This document shows, one piece after another, positions 37,318 to 47,200 of a stretch of DNA of 56,544 bases. Numbering within the stretch: position 1 is the stretch's first letter; every line of letters begins with the position of its first letter. The stretch lies in the NCBI GenBank assembly GCA_964612515.1, contig CAZTCX010000003.1, forward strand, positions 1 through 56,544, given 5' to 3'. A model generated the notes under the pieces. The model was given only the letters and a program-made list of their open reading frames with translations. It made no database searches and was not told where the DNA came from. The position numbers and the translations under genes were made by a program. The stretch is from an uncultured Lentimicrobiaceae bacterium. GTDB lineage: Bacteria; Bacteroidota; Bacteroidia; Bacteroidales; 4484-276.

Positions 37318-38646
37318 CTATTTTATGTTTGCTGCTGCCGAAACAGCCTCCTTAGCAAATAATTCCTGTAGCTTGCTTTTAACTTCTTCAAAATCCGGAT
37401 CAATATCAAAGATAAGTTCAGGCTCGAGATAATACAATTTATTCTCCTTTTTGAAACGTTCCTCGCCCCCTCCTGTAATGTTGATCATGATCAGTGCATC
37501 GGGTGCTACCGTTTTATTATTTACAGCTTCTATCAATGAAGCCACGGCCACCGCTGCTGCAGGATGCAGGTCGATACCTTCGAGGTTTTCAAATAAAGCT
37601 GAGGCCTGACGTGCCTGCCGGTTATCGACGGTGAGCACGTCGCCCTGTGTATCTTTGAGGGCATCATACAATCCGCCTGCAAGACCATAAGGTGGCTTGC
37701 GGTTGCTGAGTACTTTAGCGTCAATCTGATCTGCCTGTGCACGCGCCACGGCAACACTGGTAAAAGAAAGCTCACGCGAATCAGCTTTCCAGGCATGATA
37801 AAGCGGGATAAAAGGTTCGTTTTGCGAGACCATCAATCGCATCTTATTACTACCAAAGCGACCGTCGTCGATCAGTCGCATGTTTGCCTCCCACGCAGCT
37901 ATGGCTCCGGTACCACTTCCTACCGCCTGGAAATAAAAATCAGGAATACGTCCAATAGTAGTAACAGCTGAGAGTACAGTAGTTCCCATTCCATCACGAC
38001 GCGCTACGTTTTTGGCTCCTCCTTCCATAATAAAGTTATCAACTTGACAAGCCAGGTTTGAAAGATGTATCGCATCGAAATAGTCGCTACCTTTCTGTGA
38101 AGCTATCAGTTTAACGCAATCGCTGATGGGTTCGTCGAACCACAAAACTTCCACCCGATCTTCAGGAACGCAAAGCAGCAAAGGAATTTTGTTGTCGGAA
38201 CAGACGCGGGCAAACGCACGGGCAGTGTTGCCCGCCGAAGCTACCACCAGCACTTTTCCACTTTGGTGATCGAGGCGACCGCAAACCGCGTAAGCTTCAG
38301 TTTCCTTGAAGGAGCAGGTGCGCATTCCGGCGCCCTTCTCCGGCCAATAGCCGCTAAAGGTCACCCAAAGGTTGGTGAGTCCCAGATGCCTGGCCAGATG
38401 CTCACTCCGATAGGTAACGGGCGCCGATGAACCTTTGAGGTATTCATGCACCGGCAGCCAGTCCGCGAATTGATAAAGCCCGAGGCTTTCATCTTTTAGC
38501 GTAAGCTGACGCGCCTCGTATATGGTGCGCAACAATCCCGGTTTGTCCGATTGCTCATCTTCGAGTATCCAGCCAGTGTCTTCGAAAATTCGTCCTGTGA
38601 CAAGTGATTGCAACTGGTAGTGGGGTGCGTGGAAATTTTGCTTCAT
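37318..38646 (-). CDS. PLP-dependent threonine-synthase-fold enzyme, cysteate synthase-like
   Basis: 442 aa. Lys in the SFKETEA context (PLP-binding position of the Thr-synthase family). The N-terminus HYQLQSLVTGRIFEDTGW...LLRTIYE...GLYQFADWLPV resembles Bacteroidota cysteate synthases as I recall them. Not verified by search. Confidence 0.55.
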   Translation of the reverse strand: MKQNFHAPHYQLQSLVTGRIFEDTGWILEDEQSDKPGLLRTIYEARQLTLKDESLGLYQFADWLPVHEYLKGSSAPVTYRSEHLARHLGLTNLWVTFSGYWPEKGAGMRTCSFKETEAYAVCGRLDHQSGKVLVVASAGNTARAFARVCSDNKIPLLLCVPEDRVEVLWFDEPISDCVKLIASQKGSDYFDAIHLSNLACQVDNFIMEGGAKNVARRDGMGTTVLSAVTTIGRIPDFYFQAVGSGTGAIAAWEANMRLIDDGRFGSNKMRLMVSQNEPFIPLYHAWKADSRELSFTSVAVARAQADQIDAKVLSNRKPPYGLAGGLYDALKDTQGDVLTVDNRQARQASALFENLEGIDLHPAAAVAVASLIEAVNNKTVAPDALIMINITGGGEERFKKENKLYYLEPELIFDIDPDFEEVKSKLQELFAKEAVSAAANIK

Positions 38647-38702
38647 TTGTTTTTATGTATGATAACAATAATTTAAAGGCGACAAAGGTAGTTTAAAAGC
38701 AC

Positions 38703-38735
38703 AAAAAAACCTGCCCATATTTCTACAGGCAGGTT
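38703..38735 (-). terminator. Rho-independent terminator after the giant T9SS gene
   Basis: AACCTGCC ... GGCAGGTT stem. On the minus strand it is followed by a T7 run (A-run 38703-38709 on plus). Confidence 0.75.
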
Positions 38736-38777
38736 TTCTGAGGGTAAGGATGATGTCATCCAGCCCTTAAAGAATTG

Positions 38778-41700
38778 CTATCTCACAACCAACTTCACAG
38801 TTTTGGTTCCCTGATCACTCACCAGTTTTACAAAGTAAAGGCCTGATGGCTGTGAACTAAGGTCGAGCTGATGTGCTGCTTCGATAGAGATATTGCTGAT
38901 GATCTGTCCCTGCGTATTGGTTACCATCACCTTGGTGGTACTTGTGATACCGTCGATGGTGATGATGCCTGTGGTAGGATTGGGATAAACAGCAAAAGTA
39001 GTAGTCGTTACATCGCCAATAGAAGTAGCGCCGGCTTTGAACGAATCGATCATGGTAAGACCATTGATGACATAGGTTCCACTATAATCTGGCATGCTGC
39101 GACTGTAAGCAGGCTGCACGTCGATGGTTTCGTTGTCTCTAAAGATTTTCACCAGCAGAGTTTCACCTTCCAACATGCCATCGGTGGCAATGGTGGTGGG
39201 ATCGTCAGCGTAAGCTGCAAGAGCAAAGGCTTTGTTGTCGCCATTGTAAAGAACCATACCTGTACATTGTCCGTCGGCATTAAAAACACCAACAACATCT
39301 CCCGGAAGCAGCTCAGCAGCAGCTTCAGCAGAGATACCGATGATGTGAACATCGCCAGTGTAATTAACGTCGTTCCAGGTGGTGTAATTCACACGGGAAG
39401 CTGGCTTATTGAAAACTAAACTACTGGATTTGGCAACATTGAAGTCGAGGGTAGCCGGAGCGCTGAATCTAACCAGATATCCGTAGCCGGGGATGAGTTC
39501 CTCGAGGGTGTAAATGCCTCCGTAAGGCCAATAGATGGTTCCATCCAGACCAAAGGCAAACTCTACAGGCTGACCGCCGAAAACGGTAGTGGCAAGAATT
39601 GGATTCTGGCTAAGAACCGGGACAATATAGGTTCCGGTGTTAGAGCTAACAATCTTGTCTTCTACCGGATTACCATAGAATGCCAGAGCAGCGTCAGCAG
39701 CCATTTTGAGTTTATAACCCTGATAGGTGTCGTACTCGCCAATGGTGTTGATGTTGAATTCGGGCCAGAAGATTCCTGTTTTACCAAGCATAATCACCAT
39801 GTCGTCAGCAATGTCAGCCATTACTTCGTCCACGCTCATTTTTGCATTCATGCCAATGTAAGTTGAAATGTAACCCCATTGTCCGGGCTCTGGAATCATG
39901 ATTTTCTGTCCGGACTGATCCGTAACTTCAAAATGTACCAGAACTGATTCAACAAAAATTCCATTAGCACCAGTGATGATCACTTCCGATTCGTAAACTC
40001 CGGGAGCTATGGCATCAGCATCAAGTGTGAGAATGATGGTTTCGGTTCCTGGCATTAGATTGCCTGAAGTCTTACTGAGAGACATGGCTGCGTTAGCCGG
40101 AACGATTTGAGTATTCCAACCAATACCACCTAGGCCAAAGTTTTTAATATCAATATCATAGTTGATGGATTCACCAGCAAATAGGATATCGTGAATAGAT
40201 TCGGGCTGTACTTCAAAGAGTTTGTTGGTAACAATGATATTGTCGATCAGCCACCAATTGATATTAAAAGTACTCTCCCCCTCAGCTCTGAAACCAATCT
40301 GGAATAAGCCACCGGCTACCAGATCACTGATGTCGTAGGTATTCGTTTGCCATGGGATACTGCCCCAATAGTTATCAAACGCTCCCACGACATGCCATGC
40401 CGTGCCATCGTACACTTCAAATTGCATTGTCTCCAAATAATCCCAGTCATAATTGTTAAGCAAAAGGTCAAACTGCACATAAACTTTTGTTTCGTTCGTG
40501 GCATCAATAAAATGACTCTTTAGCAGCATGTTATAATTGATAGCTTCAGGATCCCAATAGAATATAGCAGAGGGGCCAGGATTTCCATCCAGATACAAAG
40601 CCCAGTTGCTTGGACTTGTACGCGTCCATTTTTGTGTGCCGTAGGAACCACTTGACCAGGTTTCGGTGAAGGGCATCGTATAGGGAACTTCCGGAACCAT
40701 TTGTACAGCAAGCTGAACGGTTCCCAGAGTTTGCAGAGTTTGCAGTGGTGTACTCAAGGTTACGTAGCCATACTTTTCGTAAACGATGTTATAAATACCG
40801 GATTCAAACTCAAAAGTCCAGGAGCCGTCTGCGGCAGTAGTCACATCGAAAGTGAGGCCAGCGTGAGGCAAGATCTCTGTCAGTTTTACTGTTACATCTC
40901 CCAAAGGTAATCCGGTAACGGCTTCTGTAACCATGCCTTCAAAAATACCGGTAAAAGGAGTGGTGAAATACCAGGGAATACATTGTTCAGGAGCACCAGC
41001 ATTGTTGTACGGGAAAATGAGCCAAACGTAGTCTTTGCCCCAGCCCCATCCGCCAGCGGGCAGATATTCGGTAACAAGGCCAATATCGTCACCATTTTCC
41101 TGATCATCAACTAGCCAAATATCGTCGGTTATGTTGTAAAGCAACAATCTGTATCCGGTTGCCGGAGCAGAACCTACAGGCAATTCCCATTGCAGTGGTT
41201 CATAAGGCAGCACACCACCAAGGTTGTCGGGTGGGAAAACCAACTCGGAACAATCAGGAGGAGGAATGGGTGCAAGGGTTGCATTTTGGACAGTGGTCAT
41301 TCCACTTTCGACAAGAATTCCTGAAATAGTGGTTTGGTAGTAATCGGGCAGATCGAAAGTCAATTCATACATTCCTAAATCCAACTCCAGCGAATAGTTG
41401 CCCAAAGCATCTGTTACATCTGCAACACCACCAGGCATAGCAGTGACAGTAACACCCGCAAGCGGATCACCTGTTGCAGCATTGGTGACTAAACCAGTGA
41501 TGTAACCTGGGGCGGGAGCTTCTTCTATCGAGATGTCATCAATAGAAATATACCAGGGAGAAGAAGTTAAACTGGCTTTAATTCCGATGTAGTAAATTCC
41601 ATCAGCAGCAGGTGTAAACACACCCAAAAGTTGCTGGTAATCACCGTTTACAATAATGGTTTCGGCTATAATTGGATTAACCATAGCTGCGGCATTGGCG

Positions 41701-43718
41701 GCATCGCCATAACTCACCGTAAGCGCAGCTCCTGTTGTAGCATCCTGGCGGGCAAACATCGAGAAAGCATATTTAACGCCACCTGTGAGCTGCACTCCTG
41801 TGAACATCCAACGTGTGTTTGAATACTGTAAGAAAGCATTCCAACCACCGGTTTTGGGCGCACGATTGTAGGTAGTCAGGGTATTATTGGCCGTCCAGTT
41901 ACCAGCTCCTAAAACTGCCTGCTGCGTCCATTCTTTAACTGGCAGATTATGGGTATTGCCCACTTCAAATCCTTCGAAGAAAGGAATCCCGTTTACAGTT
42001 TTGAAAATGAAAGGTCCGCTCCAAGTACTTAGATCTTCGGCATTACAATCGGCCTGCACATAATAAGCATAAAAAGTGCCGGGTGACAAACCGTTAATCT
42101 GATAAGGATTGTCGACGCCAATAGCTGTAGGAACCCCAGTTGGTGCAAAGCCAGCCGGACCTACTTCGATATTCCATGAGGTTGCCGTTCCGTTTTCTGT
42201 CCAACCCAGCATTGCACTGGTGGTGGTAATGTCGGTTGCGGTAAGCGCAGATGGTGCTATACATGCGGGGGGAAGTTCCATCGAAAAGTCATCGATAAAC
42301 ATATTATTCCCGTAAGCAGAAACCCCTTGTATGATAACATAAAAAATTCCTTTACCACTATTGGTAATGTTAAAAGTATATTCGTACCATCCCGCTCCCG
42401 TTTCGGCCGGTGCAAGGGTCATATTACGATTTATAGTTCCCAGTAAAGTAGCACCCGTGACATTTGCAGCCGTATTGGTGTAAACTTCTACTTTGTCGGC
42501 ATTGCTTGGATAGCCTGCATCCCGATACATCCAAAGTTTGGCTTGCACGATAGGATCAGCCACATTCACGGGTGGGCTGATAAGTGCACCTGTGGTTCCT
42601 CCGGTTAAACTAAAACAATTATACCGTGCCATGGCTGCGCCGCTATGCGGTGAACAGGTAGGGTAAGTCCCTGCTGTTTGTCTGTCCCAAATTCCGGGTG
42701 TACCGCTGCCAGCTACTTTAATATTTGTCCATCCTGTTGGAGGAAAAGTAGTCGCATCAAAACTTTCTGCATAGGGTAAAACTGTAATGGAAGGATCGGC
42801 CATAGTTGTAAAACTCCATACCGAACAGCCTGTAGCAGAACCCACTACATTATAAGCTACAATCTGCCAATAATAGGTGGTGCTGTAAGCAAATGGAGAT
42901 GCAGGAGTAAACGTGGTTACATTGCCTACATCCGTTCCATTAACAATATTGGTGGGAGGATTATCAGTACCTAAAAACAACGTGTAGCCTGTTGGCAATC
43001 CGCCGCCCGAAGCCCATTGCAGTTGCTGTGCTATGTTTACAGCCACTGCTGCATTGGCAGGTGAAGTTATCAAAGCACAGTTAGGTGGAAGCGTTGGGAC
43101 ATATGCAGCCATTTCAAACTGCACCTGCGATAATGTGGTGGTGAGAGAATAGGCTGTAGGTGGTGACGCCGGATCAGGGTTGGTACCGTCGGCGCGGTAA
43201 TAGATGGCTCGGTTAGTAGTGGCAGTATATGATCGCCAGGCCGCTGAGCATGAGTACCCGGCTGCATTTTCATCTACAGCTACCACCAGGTTGCCTCCGG
43301 TGTAATCGAAAGCAACCGGAAGGGTAAATTCAAGCCATGTACCTGCAACTTGTGCCGGAATAGTTCCTGAAAAGACCTGGGTAAGCCCACTCAACGGCAC
43401 CCAGTCGGTAGTACTCGCAAAGACACTCTTTGCGGTATTGCCCAGGTATATAGTCCAGTTGTTCCAAGCGGTTAAGGTTGTGCCTCCTGATGCATAAAAA
43501 AACCTGATTTTTGTGATGGGACCAGAACCTCCTCCTCCATCTCCTATCTCACTTGCTAAATAAATTTGCTGTGAATAGGAAAAGTCATAACATGATAAAA
43601 CAGGAACATTTGTATTGGTTGTAGTTCCTGTACCGATTTGCACAGTGACTGCCTGTGCCGTGAAAGCCCATAAAAACAAGGCAAACATTAAACTTAGCGT
43701 AATTGTAAATTTTTTCAT
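38778..43718 (-). CDS. Giant multidomain T9SS-secreted surface protein (adhesin-like)
   Basis: 1646 aa from the ATG at 43718 (MKKFTITLSLMFALFLWAFTAQA signal). It contains repeated FN3-like units (e.g. PSALTATDITTTSAMLGWTENGTATSWNIEVG), MAM/choice-of-anchor-J-like units (...IDDFSME, ...IDDISIEE, ...LIDNIIV), two CarboxypepD_reg-like units (GLVTNAATGDPLAGVTVTA, GMVTEAVTGLPLGDVTVKL), a ~300-aa module shared with 44208-47495, and a Por CTD. Confidence 0.8.
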   Translation of the reverse strand: MKKFTITLSLMFALFLWAFTAQAVTVQIGTGTTTNTNVPVLSCYDFSYSQQIYLASEIGDGGGGSGPITKIRFFYASGGTTLTAWNNWTIYLGNTAKSVFASTTDWVPLSGLTQVFSGTIPAQVAGTWLEFTLPVAFDYTGGNLVVAVDENAAGYSCSAAWRSYTATTNRAIYYRADGTNPDPASPPTAYSLTTTLSQVQFEMAAYVPTLPPNCALITSPANAAVAVNIAQQLQWASGGGLPTGYTLFLGTDNPPTNIVNGTDVGNVTTFTPASPFAYSTTYYWQIVAYNVVGSATGCSVWSFTTMADPSITVLPYAESFDATTFPPTGWTNIKVAGSGTPGIWDRQTAGTYPTCSPHSGAAMARYNCFSLTGGTTGALISPPVNVADPIVQAKLWMYRDAGYPSNADKVEVYTNTAANVTGATLLGTINRNMTLAPAETGAGWYEYTFNITNSGKGIFYVIIQGVSAYGNNMFIDDFSMELPPACIAPSALTATDITTTSAMLGWTENGTATSWNIEVGPAGFAPTGVPTAIGVDNPYQINGLSPGTFYAYYVQADCNAEDLSTWSGPFIFKTVNGIPFFEGFEVGNTHNLPVKEWTQQAVLGAGNWTANNTLTTYNRAPKTGGWNAFLQYSNTRWMFTGVQLTGGVKYAFSMFARQDATTGAALTVSYGDAANAAAMVNPIIAETIIVNGDYQQLLGVFTPAADGIYYIGIKASLTSSPWYISIDDISIEEAPAPGYITGLVTNAATGDPLAGVTVTAMPGGVADVTDALGNYSLELDLGMYELTFDLPDYYQTTISGILVESGMTTVQNATLAPIPPPDCSELVFPPDNLGGVLPYEPLQWELPVGSAPATGYRLLLYNITDDIWLVDDQENGDDIGLVTEYLPAGGWGWGKDYVWLIFPYNNAGAPEQCIPWYFTTPFTGIFEGMVTEAVTGLPLGDVTVKLTEILPHAGLTFDVTTAADGSWTFEFESGIYNIVYEKYGYVTLSTPLQTLQTLGTVQLAVQMVPEVPYTMPFTETWSSGSYGTQKWTRTSPSNWALYLDGNPGPSAIFYWDPEAINYNMLLKSHFIDATNETKVYVQFDLLLNNYDWDYLETMQFEVYDGTAWHVVGAFDNYWGSIPWQTNTYDISDLVAGGLFQIGFRAEGESTFNINWWLIDNIIVTNKLFEVQPESIHDILFAGESINYDIDIKNFGLGGIGWNTQIVPANAAMSLSKTSGNLMPGTETIILTLDADAIAPGVYESEVIITGANGIFVESVLVHFEVTDQSGQKIMIPEPGQWGYISTYIGMNAKMSVDEVMADIADDMVIMLGKTGIFWPEFNINTIGEYDTYQGYKLKMAADAALAFYGNPVEDKIVSSNTGTYIVPVLSQNPILATTVFGGQPVEFAFGLDGTIYWPYGGIYTLEELIPGYGYLVRFSAPATLDFNVAKSSSLVFNKPASRVNYTTWNDVNYTGDVHIIGISAEAAAELLPGDVVGVFNADGQCTGMVLYNGDNKAFALAAYADDPTTIATDGMLEGETLLVKIFRDNETIDVQPAYSRSMPDYSGTYVINGLTMIDSFKAGATSIGDVTTTTFAVYPNPTTGIITIDGITSTTKVMVTNTQGQIISNISIEAAHQLDLSSQPSGLYFVKLVSDQGTKTVKLVVR
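38781..38996 (-). other. T9SS (Por) C-terminal sorting domain
   Basis: FAVYPNPTTGIITIDG...GLYFVKLVSDQGTKTVKLVVR at the extreme C-terminus. Confidence 0.8.
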
Positions 43719-43771
43719 AAAAGTTAGGTTTAAAATTAATACTTCATTGAAATTTTTTGATGTCATTGTTG

Positions 43772-43787
43772 TGATCTTCGAAGATCA
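43772..43787. promoter_or_regulatory. 16-bp perfect palindrome TGATCTTCGAAGATCA upstream of the giant T9SS gene
   Basis: Lies 54 nt upstream of the ATG at 43718 (minus strand). A second palindrome, TTTGATCAAA, is at 43807-43816. Confidence 0.4.
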
Positions 43788-44139
43788 ATCATTTTTTTGA
43801 TAAAGGTTTGATCAAAGGAATTTTACCATAGGCTTGTCGTTGTTTTTGATTTTTAAATTGTTATCATTGAAAGTCAATTGTTTATTCAAACTATCATCTT
43901 TAAAAATTAGAGTAAAATGAAAAATGGCAGGTTTTGTCGCGAAATGAACAAGTCATGTCTGTGAAATTCTTAAAAGTCATCTTTGCAAATAATTTTCGTT
44001 CCTACTCAAAATCCATTTAAAGCCTACAATTATAGGAATATTTTCCGGTTGAATGGCAGCTTTTATCGATAAAAATTCATTATTGGAGAAGTATAGTTTC
44101 ATTCTAAATAGCAAATCTACTTAAACAGCTGATGGTCAG

Positions 44140-44175
44140 GCCATAAAACAACAAACCCGGACTTTGCCGGGTTTG
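44140..44175 (-). terminator. Terminator after the T9SS alpha/alpha-toroid gene
   Basis: CAAACCCGG-ACTTTG-CCGGGTTTG stem-loop. On the minus strand it is followed by TTGTTGTTTTAT. Confidence 0.7.
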
Positions 44176-44207
44176 TTGATTACAAATAAAAAAATCACGA
44201 ATGGTGA

Positions 44208-47200
44208 TTATTCCACCACAATTTTTCTAAAAACAAGATTATTGCCGTCAGCGGCTTTCATAAAGTAAATACCTTTTTCGAGTTGTGACAGATCGATGGT
44301 AACAGCATTTTGCATGGTTACCTCTTTTACAATTTGTCCGGCAGCATTGAGCAATGTGATGTTGTAGTTGCCGTCAGCAGCGATATTTAGCATTCCGGTG
44401 GTCGGGTTAGGATAAATATTAAATCCAGCTTTGGTAACATTACCAATACCCAGAGCACCCAGCTTCAAAGCTTTGATGACAGAGGTGGCTCCGTTTTCAT
44501 AAATCCCCTGATTGAACGATGCATCAAAAGTAACGTCGAGGTGGTAAACCTGGTCGGTGGCAGCACGATACACGCTGAAAGTCATCGCTTCCCCTTCCGA
44601 CAGTCCTTCTTTAATGGCGGTAGTAAAGTCGTCGCCATAGGCTACCAGTAGAAGGTTTCTACCAGGCTGTGCGTAACTGGCTAAACCAGCAATATTACCT
44701 GCCTGATTGAAAACGCCAATGTAATCGCCTGGCTCCAATATCGACAGCGCTTCAGCAGAAACTGAAATCATGTGCGGGTTACCAGTATTCACTGGGTCTT
44801 TCCACAGCGACGTATTCACTGGCTTAACAAATTGTTGTGGCTCTGCAGCGTACTTCGGAGCAAAATCAACAGTCACCGGAGCCTTCAGATTCACCAGATA
44901 ACCCATTCCGGGATTCAGTGGATTGATATTGTAAATTCCGCCGGCGGGCCAATACATCAGTGAATGTTGAATGTCGAAAGCATAATTAAGTGCGGCACCC
45001 ATATCAGCAAAAATCTGATTGGAAACAGGCACCGATGACAGCACGGGCATAAAGCTCATTCCGGCAGGAATAGTAACCTGTGAACCGGCAGGGAAACCAA
45101 ATATTTCGAGTAGCGCAGGCTCAATGATCTTGATTTTGTAGCCTTCGTAGCTATTCCAGTTGCCAATGAGGTTGATGTTGTGGCCAGGCCAGTAAATGCC
45201 ATTCTTTGCCAAAATGATCTCCATTTGATCTTCAATACCCGAAAGAACTACTTCAATGTCGGGATCAGTTGGAATGATGTAAGATGAAATTCCAAGCCAT
45301 CCTACGGGTAATTCGATTGCCTGATCGGCCTGGCTGCCGGTGCCATTTTGAGTTACAATAAAAGTAAGCTCTGTATTAGCAGCAAGTGGAGAAGAAATGG
45401 TGAGCGTACCAACGCGTCCTACTGCCGAGTTATTAGCAGCATAGTTAAAGGTAATGGTAGCATCATTGTCGCCCATATCGGGTGTAGCAGTGAGCCAGGC
45501 AGCATCGGAGGTAATCGTCCAGTCGGCGCCAGTTGTTCCTGTAAAATTAAGCGCAAAATTCCCTGAACCGGCATTAAAAGGAACTGTAGCCGAAGCTGGG
45601 TTGATGGACATTTCAGGCGCACCTATTTTTAATGTCACTGACCGCACCTGATCAGGTGTCTGAATTGTAATGACTGCTTCAAACAAACCGATTGGATTGG
45701 GTAAGCTGGCGGGGGTAACCAAAGTTACATCCACTGTAGCGGATTCACCTGCCAAAATCAAAGGAATACTAATTGGATTGATAGTAAAAGCCGATGAGGG
45801 AATAACGTTGCCATTTTGATCGGTAACATCAGAAGCATAAATGTTGATGTTGGTAATGGGTGTCAAGCCGCCCAATTCATTAATATCAAACTGGAAGTTG
45901 TAGGTATGGCTGAATTCAAACGGATTGAATCCTACAACATTGGGATCAATCTGCATCACGGGCAGCGGAGTGGGTGGAACAACAATAATTACGTTCAGGC
46001 CACCAATAGCATTAACAAATCCGGTAGCACCAATGGGTGTGAATGGTGGAACATCTTCCAGCAGGAAGCATTCCTCATCTGTGAGTTCATCAAGCAAAAA
46101 AGTTCTGTAACATAATTCAGCAGATTTGAATTCACCACAAGTATTTACGATCTGTGCGCCGTAGTTACCCGATTCAAGTACTTGAATTTCGATTTCAAAA
46201 TAATCGCCAGAGGTGGAGGTCCATTCCGAAAGTGGGATATTGGTGTACCAAACACCATTGTCTCTTCCGGCGGAATTACCCTGATCATCAAATACTGTAA
46301 ATTCAAAGCAGTCTTCTTTGGCTGGATCGGTATCAAGCGAGATTTTCAGGGTACTTCCTTCTGGCACTCCCGAAGTTTGCAAGCACAATAGTGCAAGTGC
46401 AGTTTCGAGCACAGGTCCCTGGCTGCCCCACTGATCCCAATAATAATTGCCATTGCCATCAGTGAAATGCTGGCCTTCGATGGCATTGTAAAGATATTCG
46501 TACCAATTGCCTCCAGCAAAGATGGTTTGAGCACTCAATTGCATGGCTTTTGAAAACCCGTAGAGGTAATAATAGTAGCCACCACCAGAATAAACATAAT
46601 TGTAATTAACCTGGCCGGGATCGATAAGCTGTGAGAGTGTGAAATTGTCGAGGTAATTATAATAACGGGTTTTGAGATTATTGGCAGCAGCCACACCTTT
46701 GTCAGCAGCCAAAACTGCGCCCCAAGTGCCGGAACAGGTATTGCCATGGGTCCAGGTATTACATTCTGTGTAACCAATGTAAGAGTAGTCGCCCGATGAG
46801 CAGCTTCTGTTTAATTGGTAGTTATAAATTTTATTCCAGATGTCTTTACCAGTATAATTCATGATGTCGAAAGCCAAATAGACCCATTGGTTTACAGACA
46901 TGTCACCAGTAAACTGGCCAGTATAGCCGCGGTTGTATCGCCAACTGACGGCAGTCCAGGCATCCTGAACATCCTGGGTGTAGTAATTTAACCCCAAATC
47001 CAGCGCGGTATTAATGCTGGTTGCAAGTGCACCTGAGATGAATCCACCACCGTTAAGTGGGGTTATCAGCGCAAGTTTAAGTGCAAAAATACACTGAGCT
47101 GTTTCATAACCATTTTCACCTGTATTCCCAAATCCTCCGGCATAATATCCAGTCGTGGTTTGCTGTGACAAGATGTAGTTGATGGCGTTTGTAACAACAG

